NCBI RefSeq assembly: GCF_009914755.1
Contig: NC_060925.1
Direction: 5' to 3' (one strand)
DNA from: the human T2T-CHM13v2.0 reference genome, Homo sapiens
Length of the DNA stretch: 64,000 nucleotides
A program made the translations under genes and the position numbers. The notes beneath the pieces are model-generated. The model was not told the origin of the DNA. It did not search any database and worked only from the letters and a program-made list of their open reading frames with translations. Shown piece after piece: positions 31,193-45,697 of this stretch (position 1 is the stretch's first letter; every line of letters begins with the position of its first letter).

Positions 31193-32103
31193 GACCCATG
31201 AGTAATGTGCCAGGATTTTTAATTTTGCAAATGACAGCACTATTATATTATTACTTTATATTAGAGTAAACATGTACAAATATGGACAATACCAATGAAT
31301 CAGATGTCATGGGTTCCAAATTCTCTAAGGCATTACTCTTACTTCCCAAGTGTTTAGCTACCTTGTTAGAGAGACAGCTTAATAAATGTATTGTGTATAT
31401 CATGGTCACAGTCAATTCTTCTTGAGCCTTAAGAGGGAGAGAAGTGGTGTGGATCTCTCCAAACAAAAGATAGTACCAATATCACTCATATTTAGTTTGG
31501 AAAAGATGATACAATTTAGGGACAGCAGATTGCCCTCCTTAATTATGTTTTTCTTTAGCTAATAGTAATATTAGTTTGCATTCCCCTGAACATGTTGACG
31601 GATGGCAGAAAAGAGAGCCCAAATGCTCAAAAAGGGAGGAAGTTCAGGATTAAGCATTTGTCAGGGATAATCCACAGAATAGAGATAATCCAACTTCATT
31701 AATCAAAAGCTATCTCTATCCTACTAATTATCAACTTACCATTGTCCTTGTTAGAAAATAGAATTTTAGGCCGTTGAATTTTCTCTAATTCACTCCCCTC
31801 TCTTGTGTATCTAGGTTCTACTCCAGCCCAAAGGCCAACCTAAGTGACACCTTCTAGCCAGGGCAACACTGGCCTCCGCTGCCTGGGGCCTTCTGCAGCA
31901 CTTATGGTATATGCTAAATTGTGGTTTAGAAAGTGTGTTTCCTTAGTGCTTGAGGGCAAGGCTCAAATTTTTAGGTTCCTATATGTCTCACAGGGCCTAG
32001 CACAACACTGAACATCCAATAGGTGCTTAATAATAGCATGCTCATTAACATTGACAGACTAATTACAGTAAGGAATAATGAAGAATTACCACCCTCTTGC
32101 CCC

Positions 32104-34462
32104 ATTTGACAAAATTCAACACCCATTCATTAGAAAACCTCTCAGAAAAATAGGAATAGAGGGGGACTTCCTCAACTTACTAAAAAGCATCTATAAAACC
32201 CTATAGCTAACATTATACTTGATGATGAAAGGCTGAATGCTTTCCACATAAGATCAAGGAGAGGCAAGAATGACCACTCTACCACTCCTATTCAACTTCC
32301 TACTGGAAGTTCTGCCAGTGCAATAAAATAAGAAAATAAAATAAAAGCAGATAGTTTGGAAAGGAAGAAATAAAACCATCCCTATGATTGTGAACATAGA
32401 CAATCCCAAAGAATCTATAAAACAAACCAAAAAAAAAACCCTAGAACTAATGAGTTCAGCAATGTTACAGAATAAGAGATAAACACATGAACTCAATTCT
32501 ATTTCTGTATACTGCAATGAACAAGTGGACACCAAAATTACAAATGCAATGCCATTTGCAGTCACTCAAGAGAAATGAAATACGTAGGTGTAAATCTAAC
32601 AAAATATGTGCAGTACTTGTGTGCTTAAAATTCCTACAAAAGAAACCAAATAAGAGCTAAAATACATGAAGAAGCATTACAAATTCATGAATCAGAAGAC
32701 TCAACAGTAAAGATGTCAATTCTCCCCATCTTGATATATGGGTCAATATAACTGCAAACAAAATCCCAGCAATATTATTGCATAGATCTAGACAAGATTA
32801 TCCTAAATGTATATAAAATGGCAGAGAAACTAGAATAGCTAAAACAATTTTGAAAAAGAAAAATGAAATGGGATAGATTAGTCTACCTAATGTCAAGATT
32901 TACTGTATAGCTACAGTGATCAAGGCTACATGCTATTAGTGAAGGGATAGATACACAGACCAGTGGAAGTTAATAGAAATAGGCCCACGCAAAATTTCCA
33001 ACTGACTTTAGATAAGGGTACAAAGGCAATTCAATGGAGGAAAGATACCCTTTTCAACAAATGGTATGGAAGCAATCGATATTCATAAGCAAAAAATAAA
33101 TAAATAAACCTCAATCTAGTCTCACGCTTCATGCAGAAATTAACTCCAAATTGATCATGGATTTATATGTAAAACATAAAACGATAAAACTTATAGAGAA
33201 AAAAAGAGAAAATATTTGAAAGCTAGGGCCAGGCAAGGAATTCTTAGACTTGATGCCAAAAGCATGAGCCATAAGAGGAAAAATGGTTAAATTAGACTTC
33301 ATCAAAGTTAAACATTTGCTCTATGAAAGACCCTGTTAAGAGGATGAAAAGTCAAGCTACAGACTGGGAGAAAATACTTGCAAACTGCCTATCTGACAAA
33401 GGACTAGTATGTAGAATATAGAAAGAACTCTCAAAACTCCACAGTAAAAAAAATAAAAAATAAATAAATAAGAATTTTTAAATTTGAAGAAATGAGAAAA
33501 GACATGAAGAGATATTTAACTGAAGAGGAAAATATACAGGTGGCAAATAAGCATATGAAGAGGTAATTTAAAATCATTAGCCATTAGGAAAATACAAATT
33601 ACAACCACAATGAGATATCATTACATGACTATTGAATGGCTAAAAGAGTGACAACCACAAATGCTGGCAAGGATGTGGAGAAACTGGATCCCTCATACAT
33701 TGTTGGTGAGAATGTAAAATGGTGCAATCACTCTAGAAAACAGTCTGACAGTTTCTTATAAAACTAAACATGCAAGGTCTGTGCAACCTGGCATGCACTC
33801 CTGAGCATTCATCCCAGGAAAAAAAAAAAAAAAACACAAAAAACTTAGGTTCACACAAAAACCCACATGTGAATGTCTGCAGCAGCTTTGTTTGTAATCC
33901 CCCCAAAGTGGAAAAAACCAGCTGCCCTTCAGGTGGAAGGTGAGTGGTTAAACAAACTGCAGTACATCTCTATCATGGAATACTACTCAGCAACAAAAGA
34001 GAAAACTATTGACACATGCCACAACCTGGGTGAACCTCCAGACGGTTGTGCTGAGTAAGAAAAGTCAAGGTTGCATGCTGTGTAATTCCATTCATATGAA
34101 ATTCTTGACATGACAAAATTATAACTTTAGTTATACAAAGAACAGTTTAGTAGTTATACAAAGAACAGTTTAGTAGTTATACAAAGAACAGTTTAGTAGT
34201 TGTCAGGAGTTAAAGATGGGGCAGAGATGGGGAGAGTAAGAGGACGCAGGTGCGGCCACAAAAGGGCAACATGAGGGACCTTGGTGATGACGGACATGTT
34301 CTGAATCTGGACTCTATCAATGTCAGTGTCCTGTTTGTGAAATCATACAATAGTTTTGAAGGTATTACCTTTGGGAGAAACTGTATAAAAGGTACATAGG
34401 TCTCCACATCATTTCTTACATTTGCATGTGAACCTACAATTTCTCTCAAAATGAAAAGTCCA
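32104..34462 (+). mobile_element. L1MC-type LINE, ORF2 3' half plus 3'UTR
   Basis: tttgacaaaattcaacacccattcat...; 3' end tttcttacatttgcatgtgaacctacaatttctctcaaaat. Confidence 0.88.
34128..34201. repeat. Minisatellite: three perfect copies of 23-bp tagttatacaaagaacagtttag
   Basis: Units at 34128, 34151 and 34174 plus partial tagtt. Confidence 0.95.
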
Positions 34463-35997
34463 ACTAAATAATAATCACCCTTATCTGTCCATGCTGGAGA
34501 GAGGTGTTATGCTGCCAGAGTTTCAGATCTGCTCTGAGCACCATGATCTGGGTTTACCATCATCCTCATAATATACTCCCTCTTGTATTCCAGATAGAAA
34601 CAATAAGTACCGAAGAGTCAGCAAGCTGTGCTCAGGAATTGCACCAAAATGATAATGCTCCAGGTGTTGAATTTGCCAGCACAGGGACTCTGGGTGGCAA
34701 ATAGCGGCCGTGCAAGTACGGATATAGGGCAAGGAACTCAATATGGAGCCAAGTTTCAGGAGGAAGATCAGAGAATTAGATTAGGGAATAGATCTAATCT
34801 ATTAGAGATTAGCAAGCAAGCAAGCAAGCAAGAGAATAATCAGGAGTCTAAAAGTATTTATTGATCAGGAATAAGGGCTGGGCACCTCACTTGGGACTCA
34901 AGGCCATGACTTGGCCAAGCAACAAAGATAACACTTAAGGCCATGCTCATGGTAGGCAGAAGAGGCATTCCCTTATATATCTCCTAGTTCATTCAACAAA
35001 TGTTTAGTGAGAAATTCTCAGAGGTCGCTCACCAAGGCAGGTGCCCAAGACACAGACCTGGTCAGCTAAAGTTCCCTGGCTTCTAGAGGAAGCAGAATAG
35101 CAAGAATGCTTGGGAACACATCAGGAGGAACATCATTTCCAGGGTTGTGTAGTCAGATAACACGTTATATGAGGAAGTGGTGTGGAAGTGTGGGGTGCAG
35201 AGGAGGCGAGATTCATGCAGAGAGAAGGTCTCATGGCCCTGAGCTGAGAGGTTACAGGACCATTAGCACAGCTGGGGTTCTTCTGTAAAGACAGGAAAGC
35301 AGAAGTCAGGAATTGAGGGATACGGCTGGTGTTTGTGGGCTATGCTGGTTATGAGCAAAGGCTCAAGTCAGGGAAATACCACACAGCAGGCGATTGTGGA
35401 CACTCTCACTCCATGGATCACAAAGAACCACAGGCCAAGATAGGCCAGAACACTGGATCATCTTTCCCTGGAGGAGTCAGAGCCCTATAATCTATGAGGC
35501 CCTCATGGGTTCTTTCATCCCCAGAGCTCCAGGTGTAGCTGATGTTCCTCCTCCCTCTGCTGGAACCCTCTGACTCTCAAATAGGCTTCACACATGAAGC
35601 CAGGAGATTGTTTTATACTCTAAATAACTTTCTGTTTCTACAACAGATGGGAAGACTGTATCTTCTAGCCTAATTGGAGGCTCACAATTCCAGGGAGAAT
35701 TTCGGCTGGGCAGGAGCTCTCTTCCTCTGAGATTTTATTTCCCAGGGACATTCCATACTTGGCCCATGACAGAGGCTGCAGTTGCCCAAGGGAACAATGC
35801 GTCAAGGGCCACTCATCCTTTGGAAAGCAGAAGTCCAGATACCAGAGTAAAACCATAACTCATTAACACTTCCAACAAGTATTTATTATGTGTTGAGCAA
35901 TCTGTGCCAGCCCTGATGACCTAATGGTGAGCAAAACCATGTTCTGTCTTCCTGCAACCTGCAATCTGGCAAGTGGGTCAAAGAGCCTAAAGAAGGT

Positions 35998-36440
35998 ATT
36001 AGTTAGAATACAGGTGCAGCAATTCTAACAGAACCTCAAAATACTAGGGTTCAGATAAGATGGAACTGCATTTACCTTTCACAAGGGTGGGCAGTCGAGA
36101 CCCAGGTACCTTCCACCTTGTTGCTCCAGCATCCTGAGTGTGTGGCCCTCATCCATGTGGTCCAAGGTGGTTCACCATCACCATGATAGCCACACTCCAA
36201 CAAGGAGGAAGGAAGAGAAAGGTGGGAGAATGGAAGGAATAAACCCCTCTTTTCAAAGGTCCAGAAGTCACACCACACTGAAGCTCAAACTCTTCTTGCA
36301 GAAATCAGTCCCATGACCACACCAGCCTGCAAGGGATACTAGGGAAAGCAGTTTTTAAGTAGACAGCCGTGTGCCGGACACTCTTTCAATTATCGTGGAA
36401 GAAGGTGAGCATGGATACTGCAGGTGAGTAGCAATCTCTA
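35998..36440 (-). mobile_element. Old MLT1 LTR (MLT1K/L-like), degenerate
   Basis: tggccctcatccatgtggtccaaggtgg, gtcccatgaccacaccagcctgcaaggga. Confidence 0.5.
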
Positions 36441-37189
36441 ATGAAGCAGGTGGGTGAGTAAAGAGAGGACGCAGCTCTCCAAAAACAAAAGCAAATAAGT
36501 GATCAGAGCTGAGCAGAAAGGGAAAAACCCACAAATGCACAAGATCTAAAGGGCAGGAGGAAAGGAGGGGAAATATCAAAAAACAAAGGGAACACAGATT
36601 CCGAACCTGGGCTTTGGAATATCTAGGCACTGCATCTATATTTCCTCCCAAGACAGGCATCACCCCACACGTACAGGCGGGAAAGGTATGAAGAGAAGAG
36701 TGTTTGCCTGCAGCAGGTCTGATGAAATGAGCTCCTCCAGGGCTCACGCTTTTAGCTCCAGACTGTCCATTTTGAAAAATCACTAAGAAGACTAATGGTG
36801 CTGCCCATCAGTAGTGCCAACCTATTGCCTTGCCAACCATCCTAATGGCCACAATGATGCTAATGATGATGGCAGTGTTGATGCTGGATATGTTATTTGT
36901 CTCACTGGAGCAGCAGTGGATTCCCTTGACATCCTTGGCTGAAACGTGCGGTGAAGTAGAAACCTTAATTGGCGCAATGCTGGTAGGCAAGGGGGAAATT
37001 CACAGCAAACCTAAGCCCTTCCTCTGTAGGACGGGAGGCGAAACAATAGCAAAGGCACTCTGAGAGTGCATGGTCCTAGGACTCTCAGAACGTGCTCATC
37101 TCCCCTCACTCAGTCCCCAACATGTTTCAGGTTTATTTAGCTTTTCATATTTTCATGAAAAAGGCACAATAACAGCCAAGTACATTTTC

Positions 37190-37420
37190 CAACCATTGAG
37201 TTCTACCCACTCTGTGCCAGCCACTGTGCTGAGTGTTCAGCAGCATTTCAAAATGCTTTCATGACATCTCCTTTGGGTCTTTACTCTGTGAGGTAAGGGC
37301 AGTAGATATCAGAGACATTTCCACGTAACACGGAAGGAAAACATGATGGGTGATTTGTCCAAGATCGCGCAGCCAATCCACAGCCAAGGCTGGTCCAGTT
37401 TCCCTCCTCCCTGTCTGTTG
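37190..37420 (-). mobile_element. MIR
   Basis: ctctgtgccagccactgtgctgagtg...tgatttgtccaagatcgcgcagcca. Confidence 0.65.
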
Positions 37421-37542
37421 CATCTGCTGAACCCATCTCTTGTCACACAATCCAATTTATTTCGGGGATGACTTCTCCAGTGCCACTTGGTGCACTGCAC
37501 AGTGATTCTCTAATATAGGTCAAATCCCACGACAGGTATATT

Positions 37543-37760
37543 TCACTCCTTCTCCCCTCTTCCCCTCTCCTCCTCCCCCCTTACCCCTCCTTTCCTCCCC
37601 TTCCTCTCCCTCACCCCCTTCCCCCCTCCTCCTCCCCTTCCTCCCCTTCTCCTCCTACCCCTACTCCCCCTGCTCTCCTCTTCCCCCTCTCCTCCTCCCC
37701 CTCCTACCCTCTTCCCACTCCCCGCCTTTCCCCTTCCCCCCTTCCTCCTCCCCCTCTCCT
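37543..37760. repeat. C/T-rich low-complexity polypyrimidine tract
   Basis: ~220 bp almost purely C/T with many C3-C6 runs. Confidence 0.95.
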
Positions 37761-37839
37761 TGCTTGGCTGCAGCCCACCTGCCCGGCTCTCCTCCTGCCT
37801 CCTTGCTTGCTCCCTATCTCCTTTGCAGGTTCCTCCTCT

Positions 37840-39392
37840 TCTCCCCAAACACCTCAGACCTCAGTCTTCAGACCTCCTGCTTCTCTGTCCACACTTGCTG
37901 CCCCCATCAATGAGCTCATCCAGAGTCATGATTGTAGCTGCCTCACCAACACTGATGATGCCAAAGTCCAATCTCCAGCCCACATCACCCCCTCAACTCC
38001 AGGCTCAGAGAGCCAGCCAGCCACTTGTCTTCTCTACTGGAACGTCTACCTGCAACTCCAATGGATTGTGTCCAAAACAGAGTCCCTGATTTTCCCTCCC
38101 AAATACTGTTCACCCCCAACCCCCAGCCATCCTATCTCAGGGAACATGATATGGTTTGTATCTGTGTCCCCACTCAGACCTCATGTTCACTGTAATCCCC
38201 AATGTTGGAGGTGGGGCCTGGTGGGAGGCGATTGTATCATGGGGGCAGATTTCTCATGAATGGTTTAGCACCATCTCTCTTGGTGCCATCCTGCAGATAG
38301 AGAGAGAGTTCTCATGAGATCTGGTTGTTTAAAAGTGTGTGGCACCTCCCCCCTTGCTGTCTTGCTCCTGCTCTGGCCATGTGACATGCCCACTCTCCCT
38401 CTGCCTTCCACCATGATTGGAAGCTTCCTGAGGCCTCCCCAGAAGGAAAGCAGATGCCAGCACCATGCTTCCTGTACAGCCTGCAGAACCGTGAGCCAAT
38501 TAAACCTCTGTTCTTTATAGACTTCCCAGTCTCTGGTATTTCTTTATGGCAATGCTGGAACAGCCTAATGCAGAACGTTAACTCTTTTTTCCCAGTTGCT
38601 GAGGACAACACTTGGTCTGGCACCTCACATCCAATCTTTGCCAATGTTGGCAAATCCTACTGGCTCTATTTTCAAAACATTTCCAAAACCTGACTCTGCT
38701 GCTGCCCTGATTTAGACTGCCATCCCCCTTGCCTGGACTAGCCATAGCCTCCTAATCCATGCCCCTGACTCCACCCTCATCCCTCAGTCCACTCTCAGCC
38801 TAGAGCCCAGAAGGACCCTGCAGAAACTGAAATTGGATTATGTCACTTCTCTGCTCAGAGAATGGCTCCCGTATCCTCAGGATGGCCTCTGGGGCCCTCC
38901 ATAATCTGTCACCCCCCAACACACCCTTACTCTGTCTCATCTTATCTTCCCCACATCCCCTCCCACCTGCAGCAGCGCTGGTCTTCGTGTTCCCAGAACA
39001 CTCTGGCCACCCTCATGCTTGGGTCTGGGCCTAGCCCCTCTTCCCGGAGGTCTCTGCTTGGCCAGTCTTCCACCTCCTTCAGGTTTGTTTGCAAATGTCA
39101 CCTTCATGGTGGGAGCTTCCTCAGCAGTAGGCATATCCCTCTGCCCACCAGCCCTTCCCTTCCCCTCCACCTTCTCCACTTTTCCTCCTTGGCACTTAAC
39201 AACCTCTGGCATGCTGTGTATTTTATCTTGTGTGTTGCTCTGCTTCCCCCATTAGAAGTGAAGCTCCCGGAGAGCAGGAATTCTCGTCCATTTTGCTCAC
39301 TGCTATTTTCCCGATACCTGGAATAGTGCCAGGGGCTTGGCCTATAGCAGGTTGGCAATGAATATTTGTTGAATAAATAAATTAAATGAATG
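37840..39392 (+). mobile_element. L2 (L2a-like) 3' region interrupted by MSTA
   Basis: ctgatgatgccaaagtc, ggctctattttcaaaacat; terminal aatatttgttgaataaataaattaaatgaatg. Confidence 0.75.
38147..38572 (+). mobile_element. MSTA solo LTR (ERVL-MaLR)
   Basis: tgatatggtttg...aatccccaatgttggaggtggggcctggtgggagg...cagcctaatgca; TSD gaaca/gaacg. Confidence 0.9.
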
Positions 39393-42300
39393 GCTTTACC
39401 CCATTCTAGCCTTGAGCAAGATGCCTACTCTCTCTGAGTGTTAATTTTCACCTCTGTGAAAGGAACATGACAATGGCCATCCCACATCGTCCTTATAGGG
39501 ATGAAAGATAGTGTGTGCAAAAAAACCAGGGCAGTGCCTGATGGGACATCATTCATTGCTATTGCTATGATTTCAGAGGAAGGTTGAGCCACTTAAAACA
39601 CGTAACCCAAACCCAGTAGATGGAGATGGTGTTGTAGATCTCAAAGCCCTCTTGGCCTGGCTGACCTCCAGGTTGGTAATCACTTTCCCTGCCGGAGGAG
39701 GGGGTTCCAAGCTAGTAAGGAGCCTCCTTGCCACTGTGTTCAACAACTCACTTGCAATTCATCCATTCATGCAGTCAACAGTATTGACGGTATCTCAGAA
39801 GCTGGGCATTCACAGACTTCGGGTCTCCCCTCACGGAGTCCATTGCCCTTCAAAGGACATGAACAGAGAGAGCTGACGTCAGAGAATGTGATCAGCTCTG
39901 GAAGATCAGGGCCAGTCTGTTGCCTGCTCCCACCCACATCTCCATCCTATAGCCTGGCATACTCAGCATCATCTCAAGGTGCCAGACAATCATAAGCAAA
40001 GCAAAACAAAAAGTGAACAACATTGGCACGTCCTGACAGTAAAAATGTCAGCTGAGGAATTTGGCCTCTTGTCTTTGAGACCATAAACAAGAGCACAAAC
40101 TTTCAAGGGTCCCTCACGGTATCAGGGCTGAGTGCCTCTACCTCAGGGCCTCCCCTGCAGGCCACAGGCTTGCACTGAGGTGAGCTGGATCCAAAGGCAA
40201 TGAAGGGTCAGAAGGAAAGAGGTCCTGTGGGCCTCTCTCAGCCTCTCCAGGTCAACCAAGAACTCACGGGAGCTTAAACAAAGGCCGAGGATGCTCTTGG
40301 CCTGGACCAGCCTCCGTGATTGAATGGGAAGGGCACCCTGCATTCTGGAGTTTCTGGACCACAACTTCCTTCCCCCGCTGTCTCCTGAGGGGCAACTTCC
40401 GGCCAGGTTCCAGAAGAGTCATGTTCAGGATCATGGAGAAGGACAGGCTCGAGGCTGGAGCCCACCCCCATGTGCCTTGGCCCTGCTCCAAAGCGTACCT
40501 CCACCCCTTCACCTCTCCGTTGCCATTTCTCCTGGGGACGAAGTTTTCCCTCAAATGGGTGCTCCTGAAACAGATTCACCCAAAGGATGTGGGAGGGCCT
40601 TGGAAGGGCCTTGGGTGAGAGGGCATTTGGCTCCCCTGTAAAGGCTTCAGCAAGGAGTGAATCCTGAGACCATAGTGGGCAGGGGCGGGGGCAGGGCTGG
40701 CTCTTCCCTCTATGCCAAGGCACAGGAGAGCCTGTGTTTGACTGGGGTGTTTTCCCCGATGGTGGCCGAGCTGCCAGCAGTTCCTGCAAGACCCCACTTG
40801 ATGAGGCAGGGCTGAGAGGAGGTGATTAGGAGGTGCAGATTTCAGGTTGGCGAGTGGCAAGTGGCAGAACATTCTGGCCCCTAAGTCCCCTTGTTGGCAT
40901 GCTCGAGTGTCTTTTCTCCCAAAGAGCTCTTCCACGAGCATGTCCAGAGAGTGTCTGCCTGGCCCCATGACCAACTCTCCTTTGCAGCAGTGGAGAGGGG
41001 ACAACTTCCTCCAGGGAGCTCAGAGGCTTTCCTGAGCCACCCCTAAAATGGCAGGTGCTCCTGGGACGCAGTCTGTATCCTATGACCTCAGGTCACCACA
41101 TCACACACAGGGCCTGTTCTGAACTCACCAGCTAGGCTTCCTTCGGAGCCACACACGCAGACAGTCTCCTCAGCTGGGAAATGCACCCCCAGAGAAGGCC
41201 AGGTGTGCACACGACAGGTAGGGGCTGGGGAGGAACCCCAGCTTACACCTTCACCATCAACCCAGGATCAACAATGTGGTAAGAGCTAGGGCCTTGGATG
41301 CAAGGAGACTGTGCTGGGATCTTCACAGCCACCTGACACTGGACAAGTGTCACCTCTTTGAGTTTCATCTGAGAAATGGAGGTGACGATGTGACAGTGTT
41401 GTTGTGAGGCTGGAGGAGGTACCATGTGTCCAGCATCTACCAGTGCCAGGGAGGTAGGAATTGCTTGAGAGATAATGGACACCGCCCTTGCTCATGTGGG
41501 GAGAAACGGGAGAAGGTGGCAAGCCATACCCCAAGCCACGTGTAACCCTGATGTGTGGGGAGGCTTCTCTCTTGTTGTCCACCGCAGAGTGCACGACCCC
41601 GCCTTCATTTACCAAACCCCAAAGTATCCCTGCAGGCCCAGCTCCTTCTGTGCACCTGAATTCCTGGGGCAGAGCCCACGCCCCTCCTGCTGCTTCTGCT
41701 TTGGACACTGTGTGTTTGCATTCTGAGTGTTTGCATTTGTCTCTCCACCTGTCAGCAACTGCTTGGGGATAAGGATTCTGCCTTGCTCAGTGCCCCCTCC
41801 TCAGCTCCCGTCCCCTTCCCCGGTGCAGAGGTGCCCAGTGAACGACAATCTAGCCCTCAGCCCCGGCTCTGTCTCAGAAGGTGCCAGTAGCCCCAGGGGT
41901 GACCCAAGGCACGGAGGCACATCTGAGGAAGGCCGTGGCAACAAGGCAACTTCTTCTTTCCTCCCTCCCTGTCCTGGTCACTCACTCTTTTCATTCCTGT
42001 GGAGCGCTGATGGCTGGTGAGATCGTTGTTTGTCAGCCAGAGCACAAACGACATGCAGGAAGGGCAGACGATATGTCAAAGGTCACCCGCTAAACCTACG
42101 GCAGAACCAAGATGAAAATGTGTCACCGCCTCAAGTTCAGACCAGGGATTGGCCTACCCCACACGAGCTCCATGAACAACAGACAACCTCGCACCATTCA
42201 GAAAAGATGGTGGACGCTCCGAGTGCTCAACTCGGGTCACCTCCTTGGGCAAAGTGTCTTGTCTTTAAAACTGGAACCAAGCGAGGGTATGTCCAGTCCT

Positions 42301-42689
42301 GGCTTCAGCTGGGAGTGTCCTGGAAGGCTCTGCCTGACCCCACGTTGAAGTTAGGTTTCCCCGACTCTACCCTGTCACGTCTCCCTGTGGTTTTCTGTGA
42401 CAGCACTTGTCACATAAATCAATGTCTGTTTTATTTGTAAAATTATTTGTTCAATGTCCAATTCTCCTCCACACTGATAGATAGGAGGACAGGGATGTAT
42501 CCAAAGGGTTTAGCATACTACCGAGTGTATAATAAGCTCTCAGAGTATGCATCCAACAAGTAGTTATTAAGGTCTTCCACATGCAACATATTGTTCTTGG
42601 TGTTAGCAGACTAAAATGATACACAGGTGGATTGATGGAGAGTTTGTTAAAATAATACAAGATGCCAAACTGGGCTATGTGACTGCAAT

Positions 42690-43155
42690 GCTTCCTATTG
42701 CTGCTGTAACCAATTATCAAATTTAGGAGCTTAAAACAACATCAACTGACTTGTCATGAAGAAAAAAATCAGTCTCACCGGGCTAGGATTGAAGCGTCCA
42801 GCAGGGTCAGCTCCTTCCAGAGGCTCTGAAGGGAAAATCTATTTCCTTGCCTGTTCCAGTTTCTAGAAGCTGCCTGTTTTCCTCTTCTAGATCCTCCCTC
42901 CATCCTCCAACCCCTCGCGCTCTGATCTCTGCTTCAGCCATCACGTCTCCTTCTCTGACTCTGACCCTCCTGCCTCCCTCCTGTAAGGACCCTTGTGATT
43001 CTTAGAAGATCCATTCAGAGAATCCAGGATCATCTCATCTCAAATCCTGAATTTAAACACATCTGTAAAGTCCCTTTTGTCATGCAAGGTAACATAGTCA
43101 CAGGCTCCCGGGATTACAGCACGGACATCTTTGAGCGCTCATTATTCAGTCTACC
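42690..43155 (-). mobile_element. MLT1 LTR (MLT1D-like)
   Basis: ttcctattgctgctgtaacc...gaggctctgaagggaaaatctatttccttgcc...attattcagtctacc. Confidence 0.78.
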
Positions 43156-43380
43156 CTGGTGACTCATGGAATATGTCTTTTGGAATCTTTTAATGAGGAA
43201 GTCTTCCTAAACTGCAGCAGTCTCTTACTCTAAGCCTCAAAACGTTTTAGTCAATTCTGCACTCTACATTTTGGAATCACATCTTACCCAAATCAGAGAT
43301 TTTGGGTTCTCGTCTGCTCAGCATGTTTACGACATGTGCGTGTGATATGACTACCCGCCTAGTAGCAAGGGGACCTCTCC

Positions 43381-43832
43381 TGTGGTGGGTTGAATTGAGT
43401 CCCCAGCCCCAAAAGATACGCTGATGTCCTAACTCTGATGCCTGTGAATATGACCCTATTAGAAAATAGGATATAATTGCAGATGTAATCAAGTTAAAAT
43501 AAGATCCTACTGGATTAGGGCAAGCCCTAAATCCAATGACTGGTGTTCTCACAAAGAGAAAAAGATTTGAATACGGAGACAGAGACAGAGACAGAGGGAA
43601 GATGGCCACACGACAGCAAAGGCAGAGACTGGAGAGATGCAACCGCCGGCCGAGAACTGCCAAGGACTGCTGGCAAGCGCCAGAAGCCAGAAAGCGGCAA
43701 GGAAGAAGTGTGGTCCTGCGACACATTGATTTCAGACTTCCAGCCTCCAGAAATGTGAGACAATACATTTCTGTTGTTTTAAGGCCCCCAGTTTGTGGTA
43801 ATTTGTTACAGCATCCCCGGGAAATGAACACA
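43381..43832 (+). mobile_element. MLT1C solo LTR
   Basis: tgtggtgggttgaattg...gccctaaatccaatgactggtg...ccagtttgtggtaatttgttacagca. Confidence 0.85.
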
Positions 43833-44651
43833 CCCAGTCCCCCTCCCCCGCCCCTACACCGTGGGTTCCCGTAAGCTCTCCCTGAAGACCTGCTACGGCA
43901 ACTGCAGAGCACCCCTGTTTCCCAAGCTACGGCCCGTTTTTTTCACTGTCCCTGACACCGGGTGACAGGGAAAGGCTTTGCCATGGGAATGAACCATCCA
44001 CTCACACTGCTTTCTGCAGACAGACTCAAAGTCACCACTGTGCAGTCAGTTTTTTCCTTGTTTCTTGGAAAGCACCTCTCAGGACCGTTTCAAGAAAAAC
44101 AAATTGTGAGGTTAAGGATCTATTTAAAGTGAATCATCAGCTCTAGTTCCAATAACAAAGCAGGCCAGTCGGGTCGCTGGGACAAGACTGGAACCACTGT
44201 GAGCGTGCACTAACTGTGGGTCAGGCATGAGCGGGTCTCTGCACACACGTCACCTGGAGTGCCCCCTCCCCCTGTTCACTCGGCAGGCGGCCTTGGTGGC
44301 TGCCTTCCCAATCCTCTGCCCAAAAGGGACACAGAACAGCATGCTCACCAAGTAAGAATTTTCAAGCAGCTTTGAAGTGCGGTTCACCATCTTGGGGAGC
44401 TTAAGAGGAACAGTTTGAACCCATTTAACCCCTTGCACTATTAATCCCCAGTTGCTTGGTGAGAACTGGTTGTATGTGTGCAAAGCTCCCTGCTAGCCCT
44501 CCGGGAGCGTTGAGTCCTCAGAGTCCATGAGCAGCCTGAATCTGGATGCATCACAGATGCCTGTGTCCAGCTGGGGCTCAGAGGAAGCCAAGCACTTCTT
44601 TCATTTCAACATTCCTGACCTGTCTTCCCATAGGTGGTGGCAGTAGAATGA

Positions 44652-44960
<309 letters not shown>

Positions 44961-45496
44961 CACTCATCAAGTCTTTATTTGAGCACCCCTATATGCCAGG
45001 CTCTGGCAATGCAGTGGTTAACCCATTTCTCCATGGAGCATCTGTTGAAGTGGGGGGAAGTAAAGAAAAGATTAAAACAAAATGTAAGCAGACAAGTAAA
45101 TAAAAGAACTGTGGGCTGAAATAATTGTCATAAAGAAACTTAGGAGCTAAAACAGAGAACAGACGAGGCCTGACTTTTCACCAGGTGAGCAGGAAATGGC
45201 CCTGTGAGGTTACACTCAAGCTGAGACCTAAAGGAAATGAAGGAGCCAGTCAGGGGAAGACTCAGGAAACAGTATTCCTGCCAGTAGAAGACCAGGTGCG
45301 AAGGTCCTGGGGCAGCAAAGAGCTTAGCCGGCATTCAAGGACCTGGAAGAAGACCAGGGTGACAGGAGAGTTGTGAGCACAGAGGCTCCCAAGCAAGAGG
45401 AGGCTGGAGAGGTTTGCAGGGGCCAAATCATGCAGAGCTTTACTCAAGCGTGGATTTTATTCTAAGTACAATGGGAAGCTCTTGAAGGGTTTTCGT

Positions 45497-45521
45497 GGTG
45501 TGTGTGTGTGTGTGTGTCTGT

Positions 45522-45552
<31 letters not shown>
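45497..45552. repeat. (TG)n microsatellite with TC interruptions
   Basis: gtgtgtgt...ctgtgtgtctgtgtgt... Confidence 0.95.
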
Positions 45553-45584
45553 CAGGGGAAGGGTGAAGGGATGACATAACATCA

Positions 45585-45697
45585 TCTCCTCCTCTTTTCC
45601 CCCTCTTCCTCCTTCTTCTTCTTCCTCCTCTTCTTCTTTTTCTTCATCTTCGCCTTCTTCATCTCTTCCTTCTTCTCCTCTTCCTCCCCCTTCTTCT
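45585..45697. repeat. (CTT/CCT)n low-complexity tract
   Basis: Pyrimidine triplet-like run. Confidence 0.85.
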
